Source: Chara braunii
Taxonomy: Eukaryota > Plantae > Charophyceae
Reading direction: 5' to 3'
NCBI GenBank assembly: GCA_003427395.1
Contig: BFEA01000001.1
Span: forward strand, 5,275,146-5,328,412
Length of the DNA stretch: 53,267 bases
Of this stretch, positions 13,520 through 26,600 are shown piece by piece. A program made the position numbers and the translations under genes. How positions within the stretch are numbered: the stretch's first letter is position 1; each line of letters begins with the position of its first letter. The notes below the pieces were generated by a model. The model had not been told where the DNA came from. It worked only from the letters and a program-made list of their open reading frames with translations, and made no database searches.

Positions 13520-14056
13520 GCCTTCCCCGCAGCAGGGGTCTGGGTCGCCGGCCCCCAACCGCAGACTCAGACCCCGCAAAGACCCACCCACCTCCTCGTG
13601 ATTTAGAGCGGATCGCACCACCACCGACATTCACCTACCAAAACCACCAACTCCCACCATGATGGCAATTTCGCTAACCTGCGGAAATACCATGGCAACC
13701 GCGGACCCGGACCCGGACATGTCTGCACCGAGGCCCAGACATTTGTCTGGACTGGTCCAGACGTCCGGTAATCCGGACAGGCACCGGACAACCGGACCGG
13801 ACCGGACCCGGACCGTCCGGACCGGTACACCAGACAAAAAAATGTCGGGACCGAAAAAAAAAAAAAGAAAAAAAAAAAAAAAGAAAAAAACATTAGTAGT
13901 AAACAGTACTAAACACAGCTTACTGTCTTTCACTATTCAAAACTTGACAGCTTCATACTGTCACAGAGTCAGAGACATTCACAAAGGCTCACACAACACT
14001 AGAAAGTTGAAAGCAGTTCTCAACAGCCCAACGAAGGGATCTCAGATCTGACCAAA

Positions 14057-14128
<72 letters not shown>

Positions 14129-14264
14129 GCTTGATGTTCTGTGGCGCTTTGCAGCCAGCGCTTCATTTTCGGAATCGGACTCAGCAGAGGGAGCTGTTGG
14201 AGGTGTCTGGCGGCGTCCGGTAGGCCCTGAAACAACCAAAAAATACCGGCGCCATTTTTCGGGN

Positions 14265-14300
<36 letters not shown>

Positions 14301-14945
14301 GCTTGATGTTCTGTGGCGCTTTGCAGCCAGCGCTTCATTTTTGGAATCAGACTCATCCTTATCCTATGAACTACCAGCGTAGAACAACAGCAGAGGGAGC
14401 TGTTGGAATCGTCTGGCGGCGTCCGGTAGGCCCTGAAACGGCCAAAAAATACCGGGGGCATTTTTTGGGGGTGGCCTAGGACCCGAAAAACGCCCTAGGC
14501 CCCCCCAAAAAAATTTTCAAAATTTTCAAAATTGGGCCCAATCCAGACCTACCGGACCAGACACCGGACCCATACCCAGACAACCGGACCGTCTGGATTC
14601 CGGTCCAGACGTCCGGCCGGTTGCCATGGGAAATACCCTACCACCCGCGCGGCAGGGGCCAAAGATCCCGCAGAACCCACCCACCTCCTCGCGATTTAGG
14701 GTACACCACTCCTCTCATCTGTAATTCGCCTCGCAATGGGGTCTTCACCACCCTCCATGATGAAGCACCCGCAGAGCGACACTCCCACTAAAAAAAACAG
14801 GATGTCAGAAGAAAATCCCAACCACATATAAAGAGACAAAACCAATCCAACAACTCCACCTCTTTGGGAAAACCCTACCTCCCGCGCGGCAAGGGTCAAA
14901 AGACCCTGCAAACCCACCCAGCTCCTCGCGATTTAGGGCTAACCA
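13520..14945. repeat. Degenerate tandem repeat (3 units, ~235-bp period after removing the hAT insert)
   Basis: Recurring CCCGC..GCAGGGG..GACCC.GCA.A.CCCACCCA.CTCCTCG.GATTTAG at ~13525-13610, ~14640-14700 and ~14875-14940. Confidence 0.6.
13691..14628. mobile_element. Non-autonomous hAT transposon
   Basis: TIR CATGGCAACC / GGTTGCCATG; perfect 8-bp TSD GGAAATAC (13683-13690, 14629-14636); subterminal CCGGA repeats; internal (CT)n and duplication. Confidence 0.92.
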
Positions 14946-15248
14946 CTCCCTCAGTCTGTGCCAACCTCCTTAGAGACCCCACCGCCCACCATGACAAGGT
15001 CTGTGCGGGGCAGCACTCCCAAATCGTCTTGAGACGAAAACGACAATCTGCTATAATCCCTACATCAGAGTAAACAGAAGTCCACGAAAGGGATCAAAAT
15101 TCCTTCATACTACCAACAGAAAGAACTTAAAAATTGAAAAACATTCGCCTAACTCGGCTAGTCAAACACACAGATCCCACCTAATATGGTAATCAACGGG
15201 CCGAAATTGCAATTCCTACAACAGAAAAGTAATAAAATCACAGGAATC

Positions 15249-17690
15249 TTTTTTTTTTTTTTTTTTTTTCGAAAACCCCTCTCAGTGTTAGTGATGCTGG
15301 TAGGAGCAGACACCACTAGCACCTGGGGGGCTCCATCTATTGGTGGGGAGCATCACCTGCTGGAAAACGGGTCCAGCGTCCCATATTCACAATGAATGAA
15401 ATCATACCAAGAAGCATCTGTGGAGAGTTCCTGCCAGCATTGATTACCCTGGCATCCAGGGGATTAACTGAGCAGGAGATTAGACAGAGGGGGGGAGGAT
15501 CTCTTCACCCGAAAACAGGCGCCAGATGCTAACTGTTACACACTGATTCTTCCCTCTCCTGTGAGCCTGAGTGTTGACCTGAGCAGAATATCAGAAATGC
15601 CAGACGAAAGGAACCTCTTCACCCTACTTGGGTGCCAGATAGACCTACCCAAGCTCGTATTCATGTATGGATGGTCGGGCCATATTGGTGGGAGCGTCCC
15701 CTATACAAATTGCAATCAAGGGAGTTCAGGGTATGAAAATGTGGGGGTTGAGCAGGTTATTGGGAGGGGGAGTGGACCTCTTCACCCTGAAACGGGTGCC
15801 TGATACCTACTCCAGCGAACAAGCTAGTCCCTTCCCCTCTTTACCTGCTGGAAAACTGGTCCAGCGACCCATATACAGTTGATAGTCCCGCCCCTGGTGC
15901 CCTGCGGGGTCCATTCCATACCACTTCATATCCATTAGACAGTTAGATGGGCCCTGCCGTGTCCATTCCCTGGTGTCCTGCAGGGTCCATAGACAGTTAG
16001 ATGGGCCCTGCCGGGTCCATTCCATACCATTTCATATCCACTAGACAGTTGGACGGGGGGGGGAAGAAGTCTGGGAATTGTTCCGGGGGTTTCAATGGGG
16101 TCGCTGTGTCCACTTTAGTTCAATCATGGAACTGCAGATGGTAGTCCCTTATGATCTCCCCCCCTGGCTGGTCCTCCCCCTACGCTGTGTGTTCTCCCTG
16201 CCATTCCACCATTCCTAATCTCCCACCGTTTGCATCCCCAAGCCAACTTGAGCTGAAGTCCTGGATTTTCTGTTTGATGTCCTTTCGCTTGTGAAGAAGT
16301 TGGATTTGTGTTCTGACACCATTCCATTTTGCAGTTATTTCTGTCTGAATCTGTTCTTGGATACTCTCTGTGAATTCTGGGCCTTCCAATCTCGGCCCTT
16401 CCATTTCGAAGGTGCTGCGTCGTCGCCAGAGTGCCCAGAGGATTGCCCTCCGTCCCATCCTAAGCATATTTACGGTGAATTCATCCATCTGGTCTGTCAG
16501 GTCCTTAGGCCAGGCTTCGCATAACAGGGCCTTCCAATCCCACGGCCATCGGATTTTTGTTCCCATATGATCCCACACTCTGTCCCACCATCTCCATAGC
16601 CAGAGTGCGCCCGAACATTGGAGAAATATGTGTTCAATTGTTTCTGGTCTTTTCCGGGAGGGGAACGCATTTGTACAAAGCTTGCACCATGGGAGAGCAC
16701 GCCCTTGCTGTTCCAGGGTCGTTCTATCTATCAGCCAGTTATTGGTTGGGAGGCAGCGGTGCTCTATTTGCCATTGAAGTGAAGCCAGTTTGGGCGGCTT
16801 TGCCCTAACTGTTTTGAACCATCGAATTGGTCTCAACTCTTGTTTACTAATGTTAAGGTGTTTTCTCCAGCGTTCCCCCACTTGGTCGCGTAGTGCCGCC
16901 CCCGGTCTAAGGAGCCTGTAGGTAGATTTAACAGTTAAGGAATATAGAGACTTTGTGAATTTCTTGCCTTGCCTTCCTTGGGTCGACCATGACCATTCCA
17001 TCGGGTCCAGGGCCAGATGGTGAAGGGGAGTACCGGGGCAGTAGGCTATCCATTACTCATTTTCATGCAGCACTCTAATTTTGTATACCTCCTCTATTAG
17101 ACATGTTACACTTACATCCCCGGGTTTTCTTTGGATGACATTTCCTTGCCCTACTGGTGAGAGTTGGACTACTACAGTGCGGGCAATGGACCACCCTGCC
17201 CACGCTGCCTTGTCGATTTCTGACTGCCACCCAATCCGATTCTTGCAAAGAGTATTCTCCTCCATGCAAGCGGGATCATTTCTATTAGCTTCTCCAAGGC
17301 TTCATACGGTCGGTGCAGTACCGCAGTCACTCTCGTAGCTGGTCGGGTCCAATCCAATCCTTCTTTTCCATATCCCATAAATCCATGATCCTTATCATCC
17401 CTTTCTTGACCCAACTCTGCCAAAAGGGGTTCGTACAGAGGAGCATGCGGCCCATCGAGTCTACCACCCATCTATTCCCAAAGAGGGGTTGGCGTGTCAC
17501 TTCCTCCCATCTTTCTGGCGTTGTCTTATCTGGAAGGGGGAGACTTCTTCATGTCCTAAGAAGGGTAGGCCAGAAGGGGTCATTGCGTAGGTCCGCTCTG
17601 GCTGCTTGCCTGGGGCAGCCCAGCTGAGGGTCCCTCAGTTGCGCTCTTGTTCGTGGGATAGGCCATGGCCCCCCCCATCTGCCTCCAGAG
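15249..17690 (-). mobile_element. LINE-B: 5'-truncated L1/Tx1-like element with ORF2 C-terminus, ~870-nt 3' UTR and poly(A) tail
   Basis: ORF 16180..17001 (LQWQIEHRCLPT..CKLC..ETIEHIFLQC = zf-RVT); poly(T) on + strand at 15249-15269. Confidence 0.8.
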
Positions 17691-17922
17691 GTCGGTCAGA
17701 CAAGGAGACCCTATAGCGCCCTACCTATTCGTGATTGTCATGAAGGCACTGGCCGCCAACCTAAGGGCCCACAAAGACCTCAAAAGAATCTAAGTCGTTG
17801 CGATACCTAAGGAAGCAATCCCGGTGTGCTCATTGTTCGCGGATGACCTGACACTAATGGTGGACGCTTCCCAGGAGTCAATGGAGGAGGTGCAACGCAT
17901 GATGGACCGCTTTTGTAGCTTG
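17691..17922 (+). pseudogene. Inverted LINE RT fragment
   Basis: Translates to RSVRQGDPIAPYLFVIVM...VCSLFADDLTLMV. Confidence 0.8.
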
Positions 17923-17929
17923 AGGCGGG

Positions 17930-20900
17930 CTGGTGACAGGATGAAAATCGGTTTGTCCCCGACCCAGGGAGGGGTCACGTTGCGAGGATGAAGATTTTAC
18001 AATATTTGGTCTCTCCCAAGTCTGAGGGACGGAGATTTCAGACGGCAAATGGAGGCCCACCTTAACAAATACTACTCCACAGGAGTGGTTGCAACCCTTC
18101 CCCAATTCAAGGGACCTACACGTGTTGCCTCCACGGATCTATATCTCCTTGTCGAACAGGACAAGGATTCAAGCCTCATCTGGTACAGCCACAAAGCGCT
18201 AATGGATCTCCCACTACATCATCTTAAAGTCGGACCCTCCTGGCCTAAATAGGACCTTTACATTTGTATCTCGAAGGTCCTAAGATATGGTATTTTGAAC
18301 ATAGTGGACTGCTTTCAAAAGCCCTGACAGAAAGTGTACCACCCCACGCTCGGGGAAATGGAGATAACATCGGAATGTTGATGGACGAAATTGATACACT
18401 GTACTGCAAGAACCCCCCGTGGAGACGTTCCCTTAAGGACGCGGACCTCGACTTGAGGTCGCTTAATATCAATGGCCTGACATCTTTTAACCCAACTAAA
18501 AACCAAGCTATTTGGGATCTTTTACGAGGGGTTGGGGTACACACATGACCTAATATTGTTTGTATCCAGGAGACCCATCTGACGGACCGACCAAAACACC
18601 ACAAAGCTCATAAATTGGCATGGCCACACCAAATATATCAGGCACATGCAGTAGCATCGGCCTCCTGCAGAGTAGCCATCTGGGTCCCTCCCGATTCCCG
18701 TTTGCAAGTGGTCCAGTGGGCAGCAGAAGAAGAACAAGGCCGGTGGGTCTCGGTCCTTGGAATGTTAGAATTATAATTAATCTGTGTCTTCTACATTTAT
18801 GCCCCTAATTCAGCTACGGACATGTCACGGTTATCTCGGCTCCCTCCCCCCTCCGGGTATTCCCCTGGTAATTGCGGGCGATTTTAACACTGCACGCGAC
18901 AGACGGTTGGACCGTTGAAATCTTCAGGGGAACTATCCACATTATGTAGAGGAGGATGAACGGACCATTGAGAACCTATGTAGTTCTCTTGGGCTCATAG
19001 ACTCATTTCGATACCTTCATCCTACAAAAAAGACTTATACGTCCCTTCGCTTCAACGACCCTAGGGTACATTCCAAATCAAGAATCGATCTGATACTTAT
19101 TTCCCAATCCATACAACATGCTCTGCGACTCGCAACAATTCTTTCCCTGGGCCTTCACCCCGGTCTGGATCACATCGCATGTGGCGAAATTCTCTCGTTT
19201 CGTAAAAGGCCGGATCAGGGACCAAGTTATTATAAATTAAATACTTCACTATTGAAGGACACAAGTTTCCAGGCAGCAGCGACATAACATCCAATCTGAC
19301 ATCCAATGGTTCACCTCGGGTTCATAGACTCATTTCAATACCTTCATCCTACAGAGATGACTTATACGTCTCTTCGCTCCAACGACCCTAGGCGACATTC
19401 CAAATCAAGAATCGACCTGATACTTATTTCCCAATCTATACAACATGCTCTACGACTCAAAACAATCCTTTCCCTGAACCCTCACCCCGGTCTGGATCAC
19501 AACGCATGTGGCGCAATCCTCTTGTTTCGTAAAAGGCCGGATCAAGGACCAGGCTATTATAAATTAAATACTTCACTATTGAAGGACACTAGTTTCCAGG
19601 CTTTCATACGGGATGTATGGGCCTATTGGAAGCAGCAGCGACATAACATCCAATTCGACATCCAATGGTTCACAAATGGCATGTTCTTCCTAGCAAAAAA
19701 ATGCGCGGATTTTTTAAAACTTATGGCGAAACGACGTCACGCTCATGAATTAGAAGTCCATAGACAACTTCATAACCTGGTCTCTCAGGACAACTCGAAC
19801 GACCACACTCCTACCATCCAACAATTAAAGGACCAACTTTTACGATACGCACAATACAGATGACAAAGTAGCTACTATGGATTCACAATTTTTCAGTCTG
19901 GTTTCCAATAGAGCACACCGCACAATAATCGAAGTTTTTTTAGACCCTATACAGATGAGATGGCGACCTCCACAACGCATTGTATAAAAATAGCAAGAAC
20001 CTTCTATCATGATTTTTTCTCTTCACATGTACCACAACCGCAGGACCCCCGACAAACGGCTGATATAGAAGATTTCCTCCGTCCAATGGAAAAAAGTCTT
20101 ACACAAATACAAAGGGATAGGCTCGAAAGACCGGTCAGTAAGAAAGAAATCTGGTCAGCGCTCGTCCAAATGGATGAGGAAAAAAACCCGGGCATTGACG
20201 GATTCCCCAAGGAATTTTGGGAAACCATTGAGCAACGACCTTATGACATTCTACAGGGTTGTATGGGAATCAAGAGAAATGGGGGAGCTGCTTGGGCAAG
20301 GGGTCATGTCTCTTCTTCACAAAAACAGAGACAAAATGAATATTTGAAACTACCACCCGATCACACTCTTAACGGTAGTATACAAGATGTTGACCAAGGC
20401 ACTTGCTAATAGAATGATCGAAGTAATGAAATATATTATCCACCCAACCCAAACAGGCTTTATTCGGAAAAGAAACATCCAAGAAAATATTTTGTTGGTC
20501 AATAAAGTCATCAGCCTTTCACAACAGTCTGCATCCAACATCGCCGTCATCTTCATTGACTTCGAAAAAAGCTATGATCATATTGATTGGATCTTCCTAG
20601 ATATGTGCCTCAGGAAATTGAACTTTGGACCAGACTTCAGAAGATGGGTACAAATCCTGCACCAGAATGCAACAACACGGGTACAGGTGAATGGTCTATT
20701 AGCTTCGGAGGTCCGTTTAGAGAGGTCGGTTCGGCAAAGGGGACAATATAGCCCCCTTCCTCTTCATAGTAGTAATGGAGGTGTTAGTTGCTAACCTTCG
20801 TCATAATCGGAACCTTCAAAGGATCCGGATAGCAGGAATCCCGGAGGAAGCGATCCCCGTATGCTCTTTGTTTGCGGATGACCTTACGGTTCTGGTAGAG

Positions 20901-21900
20901 GCCACGAAACAAAATTTGGATGAATTAAAACGACTCATGGCCCTTTTTTGCTTCCTCTCGGACATGGCAGTCAATTGGGGCCAGAAAACGCTGGGATGGT
21001 GGCTCCACCACCAAGGAGGACGCCTACTAGACGAACCGCACATATTTTGGATACCCCCGCAAACCCCTATTCATGTTTTAGGAGTAAAAAAAACAGCCCA
21101 AGGCTGGCCACTAGAAAATGACGAGTGGCTTGCAACCCCCGCCTTGCAAAAATTGCCCCAGTAGAATCACAAACACACATCACTTTTTGAACGAACCTTA
21201 GTAATTAACAACGTGTTGCTAGCAACTCTCTGATACAAATCCGTACTTTGGTCACTGAGTGTTTCCGCCTTCAAATCCCTGAAACGTAAAGTGACAACCT
21301 TCCTCTGGAAAGAAGACAGCGAAAGTACTAACACAATCAGTCGGGTGGCTTGAGACTCGGTGGTGCCGCCCAAAGTTAAAGGGGGATTGGGCATCCTTGA
21401 TCCCTCTACTCAGAATCACGCGCTGATCTTGCAGTGGATCATCCGATTCATTTTCGAAAATCCCCTTCCCTGGAGACCCCTGGCCATGGAACAGATCGCA
21501 CGCCTGACACCCTCCGCCCACACATCAATCAATCCCTTATCTTAGCTCAATGACCGTTATTGGCTAATCCCACACAAACCACGAGGCACGATGGGGACGA
21601 ACAACGGCTGCTGGGGCCGCATGATAAAAACATGGAGGAAGCCCCCCCCTCCAAATAGGACGGCCCCTTAGAGGTGGGAGGAAGTGGCAAGACAACCCCC
21701 ATTTGGAAATACTTGGGTAACTGACTCAAACAGCCGAATTTTTTGTGCTTCGGATGCCCCGTGGAAAAAATGGGTAAAAAAAGTGGTGATGCGGGTAGGT
21801 GACATTTGGGATGAAGACCGGAGGGATTGGAAACTCCCGGAACAATTGAAGGTTGTGATGCGCTATTGTCACAACACTGAAGCCGCCTCACCAATCGAGG
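17930..21900 (+). mobile_element. LINE-C: degenerate L1/Tx1-like element (ORF1 C-terminus, APE endonuclease, RT)
   Basis: SLNINGL, CIQETHL, GDFN, SRIDL, DH endonuclease motifs; RT motifs PGIDG, QTGF, IDFEKSYD, SLFADDLT; ~330-bp internal duplication. Confidence 0.92.
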
Positions 21901-22995
21901 TCTAGAATAGACCTGATCCTAATGTCAGAAGACCTTGATAGAGCTTTGATTTGGGCGACTATTTTTCCTCAGAGTCCGTGGTCAAGAGCAAACCACAAGA
22001 TGTGTGCTATCTTGCTCTCCTTTAGGAAAAAAACTGATCAAGAGAAGATCTTTCACAAGTTTAATACATCCTTACTCTCACAAGGATAATTTAGACAACA
22101 TATAAAAGATGTATGGGATTATTAGTATACAACCAAGAATAAACATGACTCTTATGTACAATGGTTTAATAATGGCTTGGTTTTTGTAGCCAAGAAATAT
22201 AATAAATACTCAAAACTACAAACCAAAAGCATATATCTCCATGAAATCAACATTCAGGAACAAATTCTTAACTACGAACTACAAGATCAACCAGGTAATC
22301 ATTCACATTCAATCAATATCGAGGATTTTAAGAACCAACTACTATCCTTTTCTCAACATCGTTTGCAGAGATACCTGATCAGAGGCAAGATATCCAAATT
22401 TTTGACAGAAGGACAAATGAACATTTCTTTTTTTTGCTTTAGCACGAACTAAATCATGACGAAATTCTATTGAAGGTCTCCAAGACCCGAGAGTGTCTTT
22501 GGAACCCTCTCAAAATTTTACCTCAGCAGGTAGTCTTAAAATAACTTATGATTTCTTCAAAAGAAAAATATCTCAACCAAACTTATGAATAATATCAAGA
22601 TTCAAGAAGGTGATAAAGAAATAGAGCGTTTTTTTGTTCCACTAACACAATCACTCTCTTAGGAGCAAAATGAGCACCTAGAAAACCTCTAGCAATGGAA
22701 GAAATTTGGACTGTCTTGCTCCAGATGGATGAAGATAAAATGCCAGGCATAGATGGGCTTCATAAAGAATTTTGGGAAACCATGCGGCCAACATTTTCTT
22801 CAGACTTAATGAAATTCTTTGAGGAAATACAAATGTCAGAACAAATGGGGGAGATAGTAGGGCATGGCATTTTAACCCTCTTATATAAGGGTGATAAAAC
22901 TAACATTAGAAATTACAGACTCAGTACCCTGCTCATTGTGGTTTATAAGATTTTGGTCAAAACTCTGGCAAACCATTTAATCCTTATTATGGCGA
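21900..22995 (+). pseudogene. LINE-D fragment (EN-RT linker and RT start), LINE-A-like family
   Basis: ORFs 22177..22452 and 22695..23066 (MDEDKMPGIDGLHKEFW..KTNIRNYR) resemble 6110..7024. Confidence 0.85.
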
Positions 22996-23289
22996 ATTTA
23001 AAAAAAACGTTGGACCCGGTTTCCAGCAGGTTATGCTCCCCACCACTAAATGAAGCCTCTCCCTAGGTGCTAGTGGTGTTGTGAATGGTCAATCCATTGA
23101 TAACTCAAACCAACACGGAACTCCATGCATACAGGCGACGTCAATCATAATAGATGGGAGGAACACCATAGATAAGAGGTAGTCAAGGTCTTCAACTTAG
23201 ATAAAACTTGAAGTACAACGAAGGTCAAACAAAAAACCGTAGCTATGTCGCAACGGACTCAACTTAGCTTGCTAGACCTTCCTCTGGCT

Positions 23290-23348
23290 GCTTCCCGACA
23301 CGTGTTTCGACCGATGCCAGAAGATCGGTCATCCTCAAGGGAGGAGCA
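23290..23348 (-). ncRNA. Minimal type I hammerhead ribozyme (C3U variant)
   Basis: - strand reads UCCC-UUGAGGA-U-GACCGAU(loop)AUCGGUC-GAAAC-ACGU-GUC-GGGA: stem I, 7-bp stem II, palindromic minimal stem III, GUC cleavage triplet. Confidence 0.8.
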
Positions 23349-23613
23349 ACCTTGACGGAGATAAATAATCCGTCCGTAAAAGTCTGCCTATATACTGTCC
23401 TTGTCACTAATGTAAGCCAACCGGTTCGTCTGCTCCAAAAAACGTGTTCACACGAAGTGTCTAGAACCCTCTGTTAGAAATCAAGTTTCCTCAGAAGTTG
23501 GGGTCGGTCCATCGTGAAGTCCCAGGAGAAAGGAAGATACCACTGTTCAGGCCGGTTTTTAAGAAAAACGGGCCTAGAAGAAGAATGAATTTAGATGGAA
23601 AGAAAGACCTAGT

Positions 23614-26600
23614 TCAAAAGAAGGAAAGAAAAAGATGAAAAAGGACAAGAAAAAATGAGAGTAACCGGTCCGTTTCGTAACACTCACAGGCTCCGAAAAA
23701 CTGGGGCCATGCTTTCCACTCCAAGGTCTTCCCTTGGGTAAAATGTAATAGAGCCCTCTTGAACCAGTCGGAGGGGTAGCTTCGAATCCTCAGTTCCGTC
23801 TGGAAGGCCAGTAGAGTGAGTCCAGAAGATAGACAGCAAGATGAGTGTGAGAAGATTCGATGCAGGTATCCGGTGACCACGTCTTTCTTAGTTTGGACGG
23901 AAGAGTAAGACCCATAATCTTGGACAGACTGAAATACAATGTCCTTATGTAGAAGCAAGACGTCCTGGTTGCGCATGGTAACAAAGCAGCTGACCCGGGG
24001 TTTGTCCCTTATCTATGAGATCTTAACGATACAACCAATAAACTCCCACCAGACTTCGCCTTCACTGGTGGCTACAAGCTTGAGATTCTGATCGTAGGAA
24101 GTGGAAAAACTTTCAAATACTCCTTTTGCCAGGTCTCGGTCCCTTGCAGTATTGTTACAGACGACAAAGAGGGTCACATCGTCGACAATACGCATCCCGT
24201 GAATACGCACCGAAGTAGGAAGGTGTAGACTTTTTAATAATAAAAACTCATTAGATGCGCATAAAAGACAAGCGAGTGTCAGGCTTGAACTTTTGACGAT
24301 TGGAATCCCTTCCATTTGTCGGTAAACTTCCCCTCGAGCACATGTGTACGTATGTCTGAGATTATATTTTATGAACTCAATAATCATAGTGAATCTCACT
24401 TTTCTCCAACCGATTTCGCCTTTAGCCTGCCCGAAGGTGCACCCTTTTCCTCTACCATTGACACGAATCCAATCACGGCCTTTGTTCCCAAAGTGTTCAA
24501 TTATCCATTCAACTTCCTGAATAATAGATTTATGAGGTAATCTAGAAAACATATATTTAATATCATAGGCAACCCCTTGTACTACTGGGGAATGAATCCG
24601 GCCTATAGACGTACTAACCTCGTTGATCCTACCTTTGATTAATGAGGTGGACTTCATGCTGAAGTGGGAAGAAGGAGGAAGTTTCCACAGCAGACCGTTA
24701 ATAGCCTTACCAACAATCGAATCTATTTGGTTAGCCAGATCAGAAAAAGCAGGACAGAATGGTCGCCACCATTGGATGTCTCTATGTTTGGGAATTACGT
24801 AATAGTTCCCAAGACTCCCTTGTTTTTTCCATTCACCCAGAACCTGGAAACCTCCGGTGGTGAACTCGGCCATATAGTGTTTAATCACCTCATCGTCCTT
24901 GAGAGAAACTTTCTCATAGGCATCGTTATGACAAAACAAGCTATCCATAACACCTTGGTATATGACAGGACAGCAAAACAACAGATCACCAGGATTATGA
25001 TCGATAGCACAACAAACTAAAGTCTCAAATTTAAGACGGATATCGAGAACAGAGGTCAGAGGCAGCTACTAAGGATTACTGAGTTTATGACGGTTAAAGC
25101 AATCAGACAATCGGTAATTAGAAACAGAGGGGTTCAGACCAACAAGCGAAAAGGCAGAGAGAATAGATTGTCGAAGCATCCGTTTAACCACAATTTTATC
25201 GGGATGGGGAATGTTCCGACTGTTATATAAGGAAGGAATAAGATTAGGAACTTCAGAGAGACGAAAACATACATGACCATTAATACCAGAAGAGAAATCA
25301 ACCTTAACCTCAGAACAAAGACAATCTGATAGCCCATTTTTAGCAAAAACTAGATGGTTACCTAACAAAGCCTGAATAGATTTCCGTTTCTGAAAGACGA
25401 TTCGAATCCGTTTGGCAAAAAAGTTGATCACTTTGTCGTTCCGGATCTCAGTGACCAGCAATTCGTTCAACGGAAAAATTTCCTAGAATTAAATAATCAT
25501 TCTATAGTAAAATTACAGTCTACATTTCAAATTTTCATTCCATCTTAAAAAATGTCATTCCAATTTTAAAATTTTTCATCTTACTCACGAACTTTCATTC
25601 CAAGAATAGGGTATCCCTTCTTATTTGGACTGCACGCTAGAGATGGAATGAAAGTCTGGATGAGTTCATGAAATATTGTAATTGGACTGTCATTCTAAGT
25701 AAGGATTTTCAGTCATAAATAGGTTAATCCAGATGTAGTTGGAAGGGAAAACTCATATTTAGACGGGAACTTATCAAGTAAAACTGAAAATTTTAAAATT
25801 AGACGAACATTGGAATGATAATTTATAAATGTAAAGAATTTTTTTTTTATGGAATGTTTTTTCAACTTTCATTTCTCGTGGGAATTTTTCTTTTGTTACA
25901 CAGTTCCAACACCCGTCTTTTACAGATTGAAGGGTCGAAAATAATTTTAACCGTTATTCTGGACCTGAAACAAAAACCCGTACTACGAGAAATAGCCCTT
26001 GTCAAAACACCTTTCAAGATAGCCCATTGTCTCAGATCATCAATCAAACGGATATTTGAATAGAGGTTGAGCAGCTGATCGCATGCCAAATAGTGCAACT
26101 TTTTCGGTGTTTGAGGTGCCCGAAGGAATCCTATCAAACGAGCCTTCTTCTGTTCGCAGACAAAAAAACGTGGTCGGAAGCAAGAGATGTTAACGACTCC
26201 ACCATTCTGCAGTAATTGTCTGGATCTACGTAAAAATCTGTGATCCTTGTTCATACTAACGATAACATTGCCGAAGAGGCGTTTCACAACAGACCATCTA
26301 TTCAACGACCAATTCCCCTGCGCACTAATCACCTTACATTCCCTGATCCCGAAATTATGTGCATGCGTTAACATCTGAACCAATGAGAACCCCTGAGAAA
26401 TACACTGATCGGACTTATCCAAAAGTTGAAAATGAATGAAAGTGTCCTGTTGAAAGGCCCCAACATTCGAGTGCCTAATCTTCCTACGTTCCCTCCTACC
26501 AGGTCGTGTATTTTTACCCCTGTGAAATTTCCTTTTCGTGTTCAGGGCAGGGCACCAACGCCGAATCAAGCTCTGTTCCACTGACTCTAATTCCTCCCTT

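Noticed and set aside
14062-14460. Duplicated (CT)n plus flank inside the hAT element, with RE-repeat ORFs
   Set aside because: Microsatellite translation; the duplication abuts an N and may be an assembly artefact
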